Source: Octopus sinensis (Eukaryota). Taken from it: DNA of 64,000 nucleotides. The notes below the pieces were generated by a model that saw nothing but the letters and a program-made list of their open reading frames with translations, was not told where the DNA came from and ran no database searches. The translations under genes and the position numbers were made by a program. Where the stretch lies: NCBI RefSeq assembly GCF_006345805.1, contig NC_043007.1:61752001-61816000 (forward strand), in the 5' to 3' direction. This document shows positions 45,908 to 58,529 of the stretch, in pieces; within the stretch, counting starts at the first letter, position 1, and each line of letters starts with the position of its first letter.

Positions 45908-45967
45908 AAACCTCTGACGAGAAGCAAGATCATATTCATCAAATTTCGAAATCACTTGAAAAGATTT
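45908..45967 (+). ncRNA. Degenerate type I hammerhead fold (U16.1 replaced by A)
   Basis: aaacct-CTGACGA-gaag[19 nt]tttc-GAAA-tca ct tga-A-A-agattt. Confidence 0.4.
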
Positions 45968-46269
45968 TATCAAACTATTTCATTCTGTGAGTTTATCTCA
46001 CCAAAGAAAGATGTTGTGGCTTGCTGCTCGCAGTCCCGAATATTTCATGAGGTTAATGCTTTTGTGTAGGTGTTCGAGTAAAATTATAACTCTCATTTCT
46101 AGCAATTGCATGTGCTATTTTGCACCTCCATTTATTAATTTTACCTTTTTGGTTTTAATTGCTACGGCCACCTATATTATATTGTATTTAATATATCTAA
46201 ATATATTAATACATTATTAAAATATCTAATAGTATTGTACTATATATATACTAGACATCTCTCTTTCTT

Positions 46270-46318
<49 letters not shown>

Positions 46319-46938
46319 TCCCGTCGTATATATATATATATATATATATATACATTCCCCCATTCCCGTCGTCCATCTGCGACGATACTTCCGTCGTAAC
46401 TGCTATCCTATCTTTTCTCGCCCGCCTCATAAGGCTACTGGTCGACACATTTTCTCTCTCTCGTCGTCCACGATAATCCAGCGTTTGCAATACTTTTTTC
46501 GTCTGGCGTTAACAGCCCTTCTTATCTTGTTCTCCTTGTCCTGTCTCTCACTGTTATATTTTTATTTTTCCACTGTTTATATATATATTTTTTACTGTTT
46601 ATATGTTTGTACTGTCGTTACCGTCTTGCTTTTTTTACCCCTCTGCGAAAAGATCTCAGAATTTTAATTGATTTGCTTTTCGCGGGAAGGAAGTTTTCTT
46701 CGAAGTATACGTCTCGCTTTTATCCTTCGAAACGTTTAGTAGATGAAACCTTAGCGACTGAAGAAGGGGATTTTTCGTTGTGCTTACTGTCCTGTTCCTT
46801 GGTTTGTGTCTATGTGTTTCGTCTCTCTATGTGTTCGACGTCTTTTTGGTGTCCTGTACACATATATGCGTGTATATGTACATGTAGAGGTAGGTACGTA
46901 CATATATGTTTATATATATGCATATGTTCTATTTTATT

Positions 46939-46959
<21 letters not shown>

Positions 46960-46973
<14 letters not shown>

Positions 46974-47865
46974 CAGTGAAATTGAGTGTGTGTGTGTGTG
47001 TGTGTGTAAACCTGCATAACTTCTGAAGTTCACAACTGATTTTCTCCAAACTAAGAACATATGTTATTTATGGTCCAGAGATGGTTTTAGACACTTAAAA
47101 ATTTTTCACATGAGTAACGGACCCTCTGGGAGCAGAAAAAACACCCACCCTTTCCTGAGTTACGTCAAGGGACGTAACTCTTTCCGAAGTAACTTTCAGA
47201 AATTGATTGTCTCCCTAACATTCATTGGTCAAAAACATTACCACGATCTGAATTGGCTGTGCGAAAGAGCAATACTGGCTCCAAAAAGTAGTACTGTAAG
47301 TAAAATTAATGAGCAGCTGCTGCGGTACCTTCCTGGAAGCCCTCATATCTATAAGTCAGTAGATACAATCCAAGATCCAGAAGAGGTAGCAAATTATCCA
47401 ATAGAATTTTTCAATTTATTGGAGCCTCCAGGACTACCACCTCATAGATTGGAACTTAAAGTGGGAACTCCTGTGTTGTTATTGAAGAATTTGGATCCAC
47501 CAACACTCTGCAGTGGGATACACCTGATGGTAAAGAAGATGATGCCATATGTTATTGAGGCCACCATTCTCTGTGGATGTGGAAAAGGAGGGGGACGTTT
47601 TCATACCCAGAATTCCTTTCATTCCATTGGGAGTAGAAATTCCTTTTTTATTCAGAAGAGTGCAATTTCCTATTCGTATCAGTTTCGCAATGTCTCTCAA
47701 TAAATCCCAAGGTCAAACACTGTCTGTGGTAGAACTTCATTTGGAAGAGTCATGCTTCTCACACGAGCAATTAAATGTTAGCTGCTCTAGAGTGGGAATA
47801 AAAAAAAAAACAATTTGCATTTCTTCTACAAAGGAAAATAAAGAATATTACCAGGAGATGTAGCA
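46960..47865 (+). mobile_element. Helitron fragment with Pif1-family helicase C-terminal coding remnant
   Basis: WLCERAILAPK, YPIEFFNLLEPPGLPPHRLELKVG.PV.LL.NLDPP.LC.G; after a frameshift, IPRIP, QFPIRISFAMSLNKSQGQTL, FSHEQLNVSCSRV. A Helitron-like head precedes it. Confidence 0.85.
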
Positions 47866-49804
47866 TACTTTTCCGTTCAGATATGATCAACAAAAAAGTA
47901 CTCCATCTTGTGAAAAATAAATATTGTTTAATATACACAGTATATAATTATGAGCTACTAATAGTTTCATAATTTGAAGATATTATTTAGGCAGGTTTTA
48001 AGACACGCCAACTGTCTCCAAGTAATCTTTAGGCTCTGGGCGCATGGCCTATATATATTACAAATCAAGACAACGGAACAAGAAAAAGCAGGAGAGAATA
48101 CGAAATAAAGAAAAAGTAGAATGAAAATAACACAAAAAGAAGAATTAGTGTTATGCTTCCCTTGACCGTATAGTTGCAAGGTTAGAAGGTGTAAAGTCGA
48201 CGGAAGGGGTCTGAAGTCCGTGATACAGTTATCCAATCCGGGGAGGGTGATGTTCTCCAATTCGCCAAAAGCAATTTGTCCATATAGTTACATTTATTGA
48301 AGATTTCTCATCTGTAATTCTTAGATCTAAAAACAAACGTGATCTTTCAGCGACACAGAACTTGCATTTTTTTATACATTAACATATGGCATAGATTTTT
48401 CTATGATTTTCCACTTGATTGTATGTGGTGTGGAGTTGGTCTTAAAACCCTATACGTGACTAGCCAATTTAGTGGTTTTACTTTTATCTATGTGCCGGAA
48501 AGAAGATAGGTGCTTAACATAGCGACTTACGCAATCACCTTCGCACAACTCGATGCAATTTTTCTTTTCGGTTTGGTTATCATGTATCGTTGTTGTAACT
48601 TCTGCTTCTGATATGACGGAGTTAATCCTTCACCCCTAGTCGAGTGGACAAGCACCAGGGTCACGACAATAACAACTGGAAGTTCGATCTTGGTGTTGTC
48701 TGCAGGTTCAGCAAATGTAAACATATGGACATGCTACTTCTGGTGCATGGCTCAGTGGTTAGAGCGTCGAGTTCAACCCAGCAATGAGAAATAATGAAAT
48801 ACATAGTAATTCTATTGTGTTATGGTCGTTATTTACAGCGAGACGGAGTGAACTATTTTTAAAATTAAACATTGGAGCTATGAATAAAACACAAATATGA
48901 TGACAAATATATGAACTGTTGCTTTCGTATGTGGCATAGCCAAACACTAATGAGCATAAAGTGCGGGAACAAAATTTCCTTAAGGAGTACAAACCAGTTT
49001 TTCAGAGGGATGTTCAAAGCATTTTCATTACACTCTAAATATTTTAGGGGGTGCACTTCTACCCTCTACAGACCCTGTTCCTGAGTTAGTGAGTATAAAT
49101 TCGGATGTACTTCGTTGGGGGAGTACAGGTATCAGTAAACCACAATGGGGAGTGTAGGTGTAAGAAGACTTCACTAATGAGTATAGGTAAGGACAGGCTT
49201 CATCGTAGAACATAAAAGTAGGCAGATTTGGCAGAGGAGAATGGGTGTTAACAGACATTACTGTATAGTACAAACCTTACAATATAGTACAAATGTAGTC
49301 AAACCTTCCAGTAGAGTACATATGTAGGTAGACCTTGATGGAGAATAGGAATGTAGGGAAACCCGATAGGAGAGTATGGGTATAAACAGAGCTTGCTGGA
49401 GTGTTTAAGTGTAGATAGACCTCACTGCAGAATACAGGTGTAGAGAGGAGCTTATGGTGTGGTTTTGGTTCTCCATTAGAATCATGCCAACTCATTATAA
49501 GTTGATGACGCATGAACGTCACGACATCAAAGTTAATCTTTGGGAAAATGACTGACTCCATACATATATAAGAACGAATTATGTAAAGAATTTCGCAGAA
49601 TGAAGTAACAAAGGTTTTGCAGACAAGCATGACAACAGCAACAATAAAAAAAACAAAGAATATTTATTACTTTGAGTTATAATTGGATGGAATCCATGAA
49701 GATGTAAAGGGGAAGCCATGGGTTGTGGAATGGCTGCAGGAACTAATTTGTTCTTCCGAGTTTCAAAACAGAAATGGAATTTCCGGCTGAGGAGAAAAAA
49801 GACT

Positions 49805-49877
49805 ATACCTACCTACCTACCTACCTACCTACCTATCTACCTACCTACCCACCCACCTACCTACCTACCTACCTACC

Positions 49878-49913
<36 letters not shown>

Positions 49914-49952
49914 ATACGTACATAGACAAACACATATTTATATACACATACA

Positions 49953-49983
<31 letters not shown>

Positions 49984-50103
49984 GCATATAAACAATACAT
50001 ACATGTATGTATGTGTACATGCCTGCATGTACATGTGTGTGTATGTGTGTCTGCATGTGTGGGCGTATGTGTGTGTGTGTGCCTGTTTGTATGTGTGTGT
50101 GTG

Positions 50104-50142
<39 letters not shown>

Positions 50143-50448
50143 GTGTGTGTGTGTGAATGTATGTTTGGTTATTATGGTCGTCCAACCATCTTTTTTGTTT
50201 GTTTGTTTAGTTGTTGCTGCTATTGCTGTTGCAGCTGTTGTTGCTGTTGTTGTTGCTGTTGTTGTTGTTGTTGTTGTTACTGTTGTTATTGATATTGTTG
50301 CTGCTGCAGTTGTTAATTTAGGTACTGATGGTTATTGTTTTAGATATTTCTTTTTTAGATATTTTTGTTATTGTTGTCGGCTATGATTGGTATTTTAGTC
50401 TATTGTAACAGTGACGGTTATTTGTTCCTCTTTTGCATATCTAGTGTT

Positions 50449-50500
<52 letters not shown>
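49805..50500. repeat. Compound microsatellite block (CCTA)n,(TA)n,(CATA)n,(GT)n,(GTT)n,(GTA)n
   Basis: Directly visible. Confidence 0.9.
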
Positions 50501-50502
<2 letters not shown>

Positions 50503-50793
50503 TATGCACGTTGTGTTAATTCTGACAGTAGTAATATGGTGGTAGTTATTGTTATAGGGTGATAGTTTATCCCCAAGACATCTTTCACCCAGTAGACCTA
50601 CTTCCACCCGAGGGCTCAGCTTTTCTTATCAATTCAGCCTTTCACTTAATTATTAAGATTTATATCATATGCCTATCCAAGTTATTTCCCTTTTTTTCAA
50701 TTTCGTTTTATTAATGCAAATTATCCTGACCAAAAATATTCGTATACCTTTCTCTAAATTGCAAATACGGAAATTGCTTTCCTCATACACATA

Positions 50794-51035
50794 GGCGCAG
50801 GCGTGGCTGTGTGGTAAAAAGCTTGCTTACCAATCACATGGTTCCGGGTTCAGTCCCACTGCAGGACACCTTGGGCAAGTGTCTTCTACTGTAGCCTCCA
50901 GCCGAACAAAATTTTGTGAGAGGATTTGGTAGACAACATATATGTTAATGTATATATCTATGTGTATCATTGTGTATGTATTTGTCTCACCACCACGGCT
51001 TGACAATCGGTCTTGGTGTGTTTACGTCCCCGTGC
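50794..51035 (+). mobile_element. SINE family A, 5' part with Pol III A and B boxes
   Basis: ggcgcaggcgTGGCTGTGTGGtaa...GGTTCAGTCCcactg. Confidence 0.85.
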
Positions 51036-51103
51036 AATATAGGCGGCTTCCACACCTATAGCGTTCAACAATGTGCTCACTTGTGTGTGAGTATATATGT
51101 ATA

Positions 51104-51830
51104 CCGTAAATCCTCGAGTATAGTCCGCCCTTGAGTATAATACGCAGGGGATTTTTAGGGGCTATACCTCTGAAAAACCTAAACCTTGTGTATAATACGC
51201 ACCCCTTCTCTAACTTGAGTCAAGGAGGTCTATATAACGTCCTTGGTTTGTAAAAATGTATACGGTAACGTCCTTTATTATTATTGTATATATAACATAA
51301 TGCAAACGTGTAGCCTTTTTGTGCATTTTGTTTGCAGAAAATAAACAAATACCAGTAATAACGTCAGTGAAAAATAAATATTAAGTAAATTGCCTTTACA
51401 TATTTATCACTATCAGTTACAAAAGCAAAAGCAAAAACATTTATTCAAATCCTTCAAATTCAACATCACTTTCAGCATCAAATAACTGTTACATTTGTTT
51501 CTCCGTAAACATGTCAGCATCATTGTAGCGTAAATCTCCGTCATCGTCAGATTCATAGTCAACATCAGAAGATTTACTTTCATTTATTTCTGAATACTTT
51601 TATTTTAATAAATGTTGCTTACTGCAAGTTATAGATGATTCTTTTATGACTTCATTGCTTTCAGGCTTAGTTTAAGGTATTTTCACGCCCGACATCACAA
51701 AATGCGTCTGAATAAACATTGCCGGACAGCAAATAGAGACTCGGACATTACTTAGAAAATATAGTACGTACTAGGGATTTTGACCTATAAATTTTGGGGG
51801 GAAAATGCGATTATACTCGAGGATTTACGG
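51104..51830 (-). mobile_element. pogo/Tigger-type internally deleted transposon (727 bp)
   Basis: TIRs ccgtaaatcctcgagtata / tatactcgaggatttacgg, TA on both sides; - strand remnant of an acidic tail LFDAESDVEFEGFE*. Confidence 0.85.
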
Positions 51831-53229
51831 TATGTAAAATCATGTATTTAATTTTGCTAAATTGTAGCAAGGAGTGTTGAAACTGTCGTGAGAATTATTG
51901 CTGTATTAGTCGTCTTCCTCATCACTGTCATGGTCGCCTCCATCGTCTTTGTCGTCTCTGCCGCCGTCGCCGCTACCACCGCCGTTTTCGTTCTTGTCAC
52001 TGCATGACGCAGTTACTATAATTGAATTATTGCTGTCCTTACAATCATCATCGTCCTTGTAGTTGTTGCTGTTGTTGCTGCTACTGTATATATGCTATTA
52101 TTTTAATATCAGCTGTTCTTTCCTTTTTGTTTTTTCTTTTTTGTTACTGATGCTGCTGTTGTTGTACATCTACTTTTTGCTGTCGACACTGCTTTGCCTC
52201 TGCTATTTTACCGGCTGCTGCAACAGCTATTGTTGCTCTCTAACCCTAAGTCAGCGTCGAGTAAGCAGACCTATGATCAAATACGTCCCAGTCGGGACCA
52301 CAGCATCTTTTTGTATTACAATGACTGCGTTATTCAAAGTGTCTTGTTTTTAAGCCTGTAAGTTGTGTTTTGAGGGAAATTTGGCTGTTATTTATATCAT
52401 GTCGAGCGACCGTGTAGAGGCATTTCTCCGTTAGCTCCAAGTAAAATCTGCTGTTGGTGTCGCTGTTTAGCCCTGATCGAAGAAATCAATGATAAAAGGT
52501 ATTCTAGTCACGGCCATCATGTCTTATTTGTATATCAGGAACTACATTGTTCATTATATCCTTTTATTTTGTAGAGAGTAAGGCGTGATTTGAGGGAAAT
52601 TCAACTGCTATTTCCAGTTGGTCGAACGACCATGTAAAAAGCCTCTTCTTAAACGTCGAGATCAACCGACGTACATGAACATTACTTTACAGGGTAGGGA
52701 GGTATTGTTAGGCTGCGATACAGCAGGTAGACACCCAGCTGGTACTCTCGTCTGTCAGAGAACACCTTCCTCTCTCTCTCTTCCTTTCTCTTCCTCTCTG
52801 TCTCTCCCTCCCTCTCTTTCTCTTTCTCTTTTACACTTTCTGTTTCTTTCCTCAGGGATGTAGTTGGCATAAGCGGTCGAATGAGGTACGAGATAGTCAG
52901 AGAGGGTGTAGTGTTTTGATTACATATATAGATATACCTACATAAGCTCTCTTATAATCCTTTCTATTATAGGCGCAAGGTCGGAAATTTGCAGGGAGGT
53001 GGTAAGTTGACCATATCGACTTTCTTTTTTCGGCCAAGCCTTCATCATCTTACCCAAATAACAACACCAACAATAGCAACAACATTGGTATTACTGGTGG
53101 CGGTGGTTGTTGTTGTTGGTGGTGATTGTGACATTAATGACCATATCGTTACTCAAGCTTTCTGCTCTTCCTTTCCACCAATGTCTTCAGCTGCGGCCAA
53201 GATTTCGAAACTTTTCCGTAACTCGTGGT

Positions 53230-54420
53230 GGGAAAGATGGAGTGCTGCTAAAGTTCATCTTCAGATTCTGAAATGACAGACGTTATGTCCGTCTGTTTAG
53301 GAGAGCTGTTTCAAAGACCGAGTGGGTTTCCCTACAAACATTATTCTGGTATGCTAGAAATGCCACTTTACTCTTGGCAGATGTTCAACAGAACTAGTAG
53401 CAGACTGGGAGAATTTCCCAGTTGTGTGAATTAGAGTGGTAACGTCGCTGAAAAAGGACTTGAAGAAGGACGTCTTCATAGAAAATTTCAGCTCATGACT
53501 CTTTGGAATGCAGAGTCAAAGACTTAGACCAAATTAGTGGACACTTTTTGCAAGTAGTATGGACAGACCCGTATAAATTTGTTCGATCTTGGACAGATTA
53601 ATTAAAGAAAACCCCACTCTAGTGATATGACATCAACTTGCATCGATATAAAACGTTCGAAATCACCAGCGCTAGGATTACTACATTATGCAGTGGCATC
53701 TTGCTCGTTGGTAGTATCAAATAATCACCTTATAGAACTGTTTGGTGTAGCACACTCGGTCCGTCAAAGAAATTCCTCTCGTCTATTATGTACACTTTAG
53801 TTATTGAGCCACTGCTACGAAAGCTTGAAAGGTGAGGACGGAGGCTGAGGAACATCTAGCTAAGTCTGAGATGCTGAAGAGCAGTGTCGTTTTACGCGGA
53901 CGGCGTCACCGCTATGGTGTGGGACACAACAAAAATCAAGGTGATCAGTACCAAATATAAGCTGATAATAGGAGCATTCATTAACCGGGACAAGATGGTG
54001 GGCTTGCAGTTCGGTACCTAGAGAAGTAAATCTATGCTGGTCATTGGCTGTTACATTTAGTGGACTATTTAAGCGGTCTGAGTTCTGGTGTGTTCAGACA
54101 TTCAAGTAGACAGGACCTGGGATGATATTACGAGCTTGGGTAGCTAGTCTCACCCAGAAATAAGCTGAGAAAACCTATCCTTGAAAGATAGATACCAGCG
54201 GCAGACTGATATACCATGTGTATAGGCATGCGTTGAAACTGAGTATCTAGAGAAATTCCTATACGGTGCATAGGAGTAGTCGTCATTTGTAAAGTATATT
54301 CCCCCATAGCTTGTATCTCACACCCTTTTTATGGTTTCCCAGCATGTTTGTTTGTAACCAGTTTCTACAAAATGTTTTGCAAGTATGTGTGAGGCTTCTT
54401 GTGGCCAATAAAGCAAGAGG
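53230..54420 (+). mobile_element. Decayed L1/Tx1-type LINE RT fragment
   Basis: Aligns by eye with 58600-59600 (HSVRQ.., EPLLRKL, FYADGVTAMV). Confidence 0.6.
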
Positions 54421-54477
54421 TCTGCCGTAATGTGCTCAGGCATGTGTGTGTTCAGTAGGAAGAAGAATTACTTTAAA

Positions 54478-54605
54478 TCTTCTTCTTCTTCTTCTTCTTC
54501 TTCTTCTTCTTCTTCTTCTTCTTCTTCTTCTTCTTCTTCTTCTCTTCTTCTTCTTCTTCTTCTTCTTCTTCTTCTTCTTCTTCTTCTTCTTCTTCTTCTT
54601 CTTCT
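54478..54605. repeat. (CTT)n microsatellite, ~42 units
   Basis: Directly visible. Confidence 0.97.
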
Positions 54606-54741
54606 TTTTCACGTTCTTAATTAAAATTCTGTGGAGGTTGTTTTTTGCCTTTCATCCTTTCGGGGTCGATAAACTAAGCACCAGTTACGCGCTGGGATCC
54701 CCTTCCCCCAAATACCAGGCCTTGTGCCTTTAGTAGAAAGG

Positions 54742-54809
<68 letters not shown>

Positions 54810-54810
54810 G

Positions 54811-57710
54811 TCTCATGCTGAAGATGTATTACGGTGCTGGCTGTTTACGATCAGTGAACTAAGGTAACACCCCTTATCTTTCGAGTACCATACGGAATAT
54901 TCGAGAGGTTCTAGGCAGTGCTGTTTTCTGCAAGTGCTCCATCCTTATTGCAGCCCTTATTTGTTCCATGTACTTCTCAAGACTTTTACACACTGTTCCC
55001 AGGGCTCCGACAATTATAGCGGTACTACTACCACCTTTTTCAACGACCACAACTGCTTAACCTTCCAAGTTAACCTGTCACATCTATCGACTTTCTTTCC
55101 TCCTTATCGCATACCTTGTTGTCAGCTGGGCATGCTATATCTACGATCCAGCATCGTTTGCTTTCTTTTTCAATTAACACTATGTCTGGTTTCCTATTCT
55201 CTATCTCATGGTCGCACTGAATCATAAAATCCCATAGGATCTTCGCATTATCATTTTCGACGATGCCTTCGGGCTTATGTTCGTACCACTTTTTTTTCTC
55301 TGTCAAGTTCATGCTTGTTGCAAAGTGTCCAATGGACAAGCCTTGCTATATTGTCATGACGTCTCTTATATTCTTTCTGGGCTAGTGGTGTACATTGACT
55401 GGTAATATACCACACGGTTTCACCATTTTGTCCACAAATTCTGCACTTATCACTTTCTGATGTGTTGTCTATTCTGTATTTAATGTCATTGGTTCTTAAT
55501 GCTTGTTCTTGGGTAGCACAGATTAGAGCCTTCGTTTCCGGTTGAAAATCACTTTCAGTCACCCATAGCCATCTTTTTTCGCTGTTTGTCTCATCTTCAA
55601 CATCCTAATGAAATTGCCCATGCATTCTTTTCTTTATCCACCTATTTTCAGTTTCATTCATTCTGAAGTCCTTGTACAGTGCTTTATCGTTGCAATCTTC
55701 CATCCTACACAAGTCTGACTTTCTTAAGTCCAATAATAGTGTTTCTGTGGCATTTTTTTTACATACCATGCTATGTTGTTTTCTTCTGCTCTAATGCTGT
55801 GTTCGCATCCAATCAGTCCTCTTCCCTCTCTTTTCTTGGTACATACAATCTGTGGCATTTTTTGGATGGAGTATCCCATATCTAGTCAGCAGCTTCTTTG
55901 TATTTCTGTCTAAGCTGTTTGGTTCGTCTACTGTTCATGCGATTACCCCAGCTCCATATCTAAGTAGTGAAACCGCCCAGGTGTTGATAGCTTCAATCTT
56001 ATTCCGTCCGTTTAATTTCGACTTAAGAATCGGTTTCAGTCTGCGCAAGTACTCCACCTTAAAATTTTCTGTCATTTCTTTCTCCATTAATTTATCCATT
56101 TCCAATATCCACAAGAACTTATAGCCGTCTCTTCTATCTGCTTCATACTCTCCCCCGACAGTATCGCTAGCCCGTCGATACATTTGATTTTGCCTCTCTT
56201 CAAGACTAACACACCACACTTTTTCAGTCCGAACTCCATTCTGATATCAACACTGAAAGTATACACTGTATTAACGAGGGAACTGATTTGGGATTCATCT
56301 TTACCATAAAGTTTGAGGTCATCCATGAATAACAAGTGGTTGACTTTGTTGGCGGTTTTGAATATATACCCAGCCTTTGCTTTCCTCAGAATCAGTGTTA
56401 GTGGTATCAGGCACAGTACAAAGATCAGTGGGGACAGGCACTCCCCTTGGAAGATGCCTCTCCTGATTTCTATTATCCCTAAACTTCTTCTATATGCTGT
56501 CAGTTCCGTCCTCCACTTCGCCATACTTTTTCCAAGCAATCGCTCAACATTCGATGCAATACCAAATTGGTTCATACATTCCATAATTCAAGAATGTGGG
56601 ATCATATCGTACGCCTTACGATAATCGATCCATGACATGGCTAAGTTAGTTTTCTTCCTCTTGCAGTCTCTAAGTACAGTTTTGTCTACCAGGAGTTGAT
56701 CCTTGGTACCTCTGCACTTACGGACTCCATTTTCCCCAGATGTCCGTACATTGACTCTGCGACAATTCCAGTCAATAATTTACACATAAGTGGCAAGCAG
56801 GATATCAGCCTGTAATTGTCTACCCTATTGCCTTTTTCGATGTTTTTCAAGCACAGCACTGTTCTACGCATTGTCAACTATTCTGGTATTATTAGGCTGT
56901 TATTTAACAAGGTGTTGAGTTGTGCAGCTATTCATGCATGACATTCACCAAATCTTTTGATCCAGTAGCCTTGAACTCCATCTCGTCCTGGGGCCTTCCA
57001 GTCGCCCATTTGTTTGTTGATTTTCTTCACTTCTCTAACTGAAGTGAATAGTTTTACCCGTTTGGGATAGACTACTGTTTGTTTCAGTTCTTGCAACTAT
57101 TCAGCATCCTTCTTGTGCTCCTTGTCTTTGCTCCAGATATCACTCCAAAACCTTTGACTTTCAATGTTATCTGGTATCAACTTTTCATATGTACACTCTC
57201 CATTTATTTCTTTGTAGAATCCCTTCTGATCTACTCTGCTGGTATCTCTTCATTCTTTGGTCGTATCTTACCATCTTTACTTTCTTTGTAACGAGGCGCT
57301 GTTTCTGTTCCTCCATTACAACTTTCAGGCCCTTTCTTTTAATATCCTACTTCCTGTTCAGTGCCCTGTATCTTTGTTAACTTTTAAGCTTCCTCTTCTC
57401 TTTTCGGTCTAACACAAATATCTTTCGAGCGCATATCTAACCTCGCCTGTATTCTTCTCTTCCACCATTAGTTTTATTGTCTACTACCAAACAATCTATA
57501 TGTCTATCATCGAGCGAGCTATCACTGTTCCTTTACTGTGGTTTATTAGAGATTTCAGCTCTGTTTTCTGCTATTAGATTGCTTTTATCAGTAGGAACTC
57601 TATTTTCATCGTTTCCTCTGCTGCTGTTTTCCAATACCCGTCTTTTGATAGCTTCGAGCTCTACTTCAGTGAGCCAATGGTTTTTTTGTTATTGCTCTAG
57701 CTTATCATGA
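54811..57710 (-). mobile_element. R4/Dong-clade LINE (RT + CCHC + restriction-like endonuclease), frameshifted
   Basis: RGIFQGECLSPL..LLFMDDLKLY (56087..56584), CRICGQNGETV..ITSQC (55275..55562), NRKPDIVLIEK..IVDIACP (55070..55339); the 3' end abuts (TAA)n. Confidence 0.88.
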
Positions 57711-57735
57711 TGATGATCATCATTATTATTATGAA

Positions 57736-57945
57736 GGCGGCGAGCTAGCAAAATCGTTAGCACGTCGGGAAAAATTCTTGGCGGCATTTCGTTCGTCTTT
57801 ACGTTCAGGGTTCAAATTCCGCTGAAGTCGACTTTGTCTTTTATCCTTTTGGGGTCGATAAAATAAGTACCAGTTGAGTACAGGGTCGATGTAATCGACT
57901 TATCCCCTCCCCGAAATTGCTGGCTTTGGGTCAAAATTTGAAACC
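57736..57945 (+). mobile_element. tRNA-type SINE family B, full length
   Basis: ggcggcgagctagcaaaatcgttagc (A-box-like), gggttcaaattcc (B box), ends aaaatttgaaacc + (ATT)n. Confidence 0.85.
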
Positions 57946-57986
57946 ATTATTATTATTATTGTTATTATTATTATTATTATTATTAT

Positions 57987-58024
<38 letters not shown>

Positions 58025-58529
58025 TTATTGCCCCCATACTATGAAGTCACAGAAATTTGGTGCTCCGTAAGATGAAATAGTGTTTGTAATCTTCTCGGCC
58101 TTCTAAGGCCCCGGCTTTTCATTTTTATTGTTACCAGTACATTTCTCAGATAGTCTGGACTGCGCAGATAGTACTTTTGTGTAGAAACAGCCACTGTTTT
58201 GCAGGAGGTACGCTTCAATAATTTTTGAATTTTAACTGCTTTCGGTAAAAACAAATATTTTGCTAATTTCTGTAATCATTTAAAGATGACTGATAATGAA
58301 GCCATCATAATGTTCGACAAAGAAAATAAGGAAAGAATTGAGTATATAAATATCGAATTGCCTAAACTTAATGACGTCACCGAGGCGAAAAATGCTTCAT
58401 CACTAAGCAACGTCAAAACTTTTGGTGTCGACAACGAGAACAACAGCAGCAACTGTAACAGCAGCAGCAGCAGTGATAGCAACCACCACCACCACCACGG
58501 ATTAGGACGGATGTGTGCCACTCAGTTCC

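Noticed and set aside
48745-48785. tRNA-like head ggtgcatggctcagtggttagagcgtcg
   Set aside because: Only the A-box half is present and there is no cloverleaf; a SINE remnant at most. No true tRNA or rRNA gene was found in the window.
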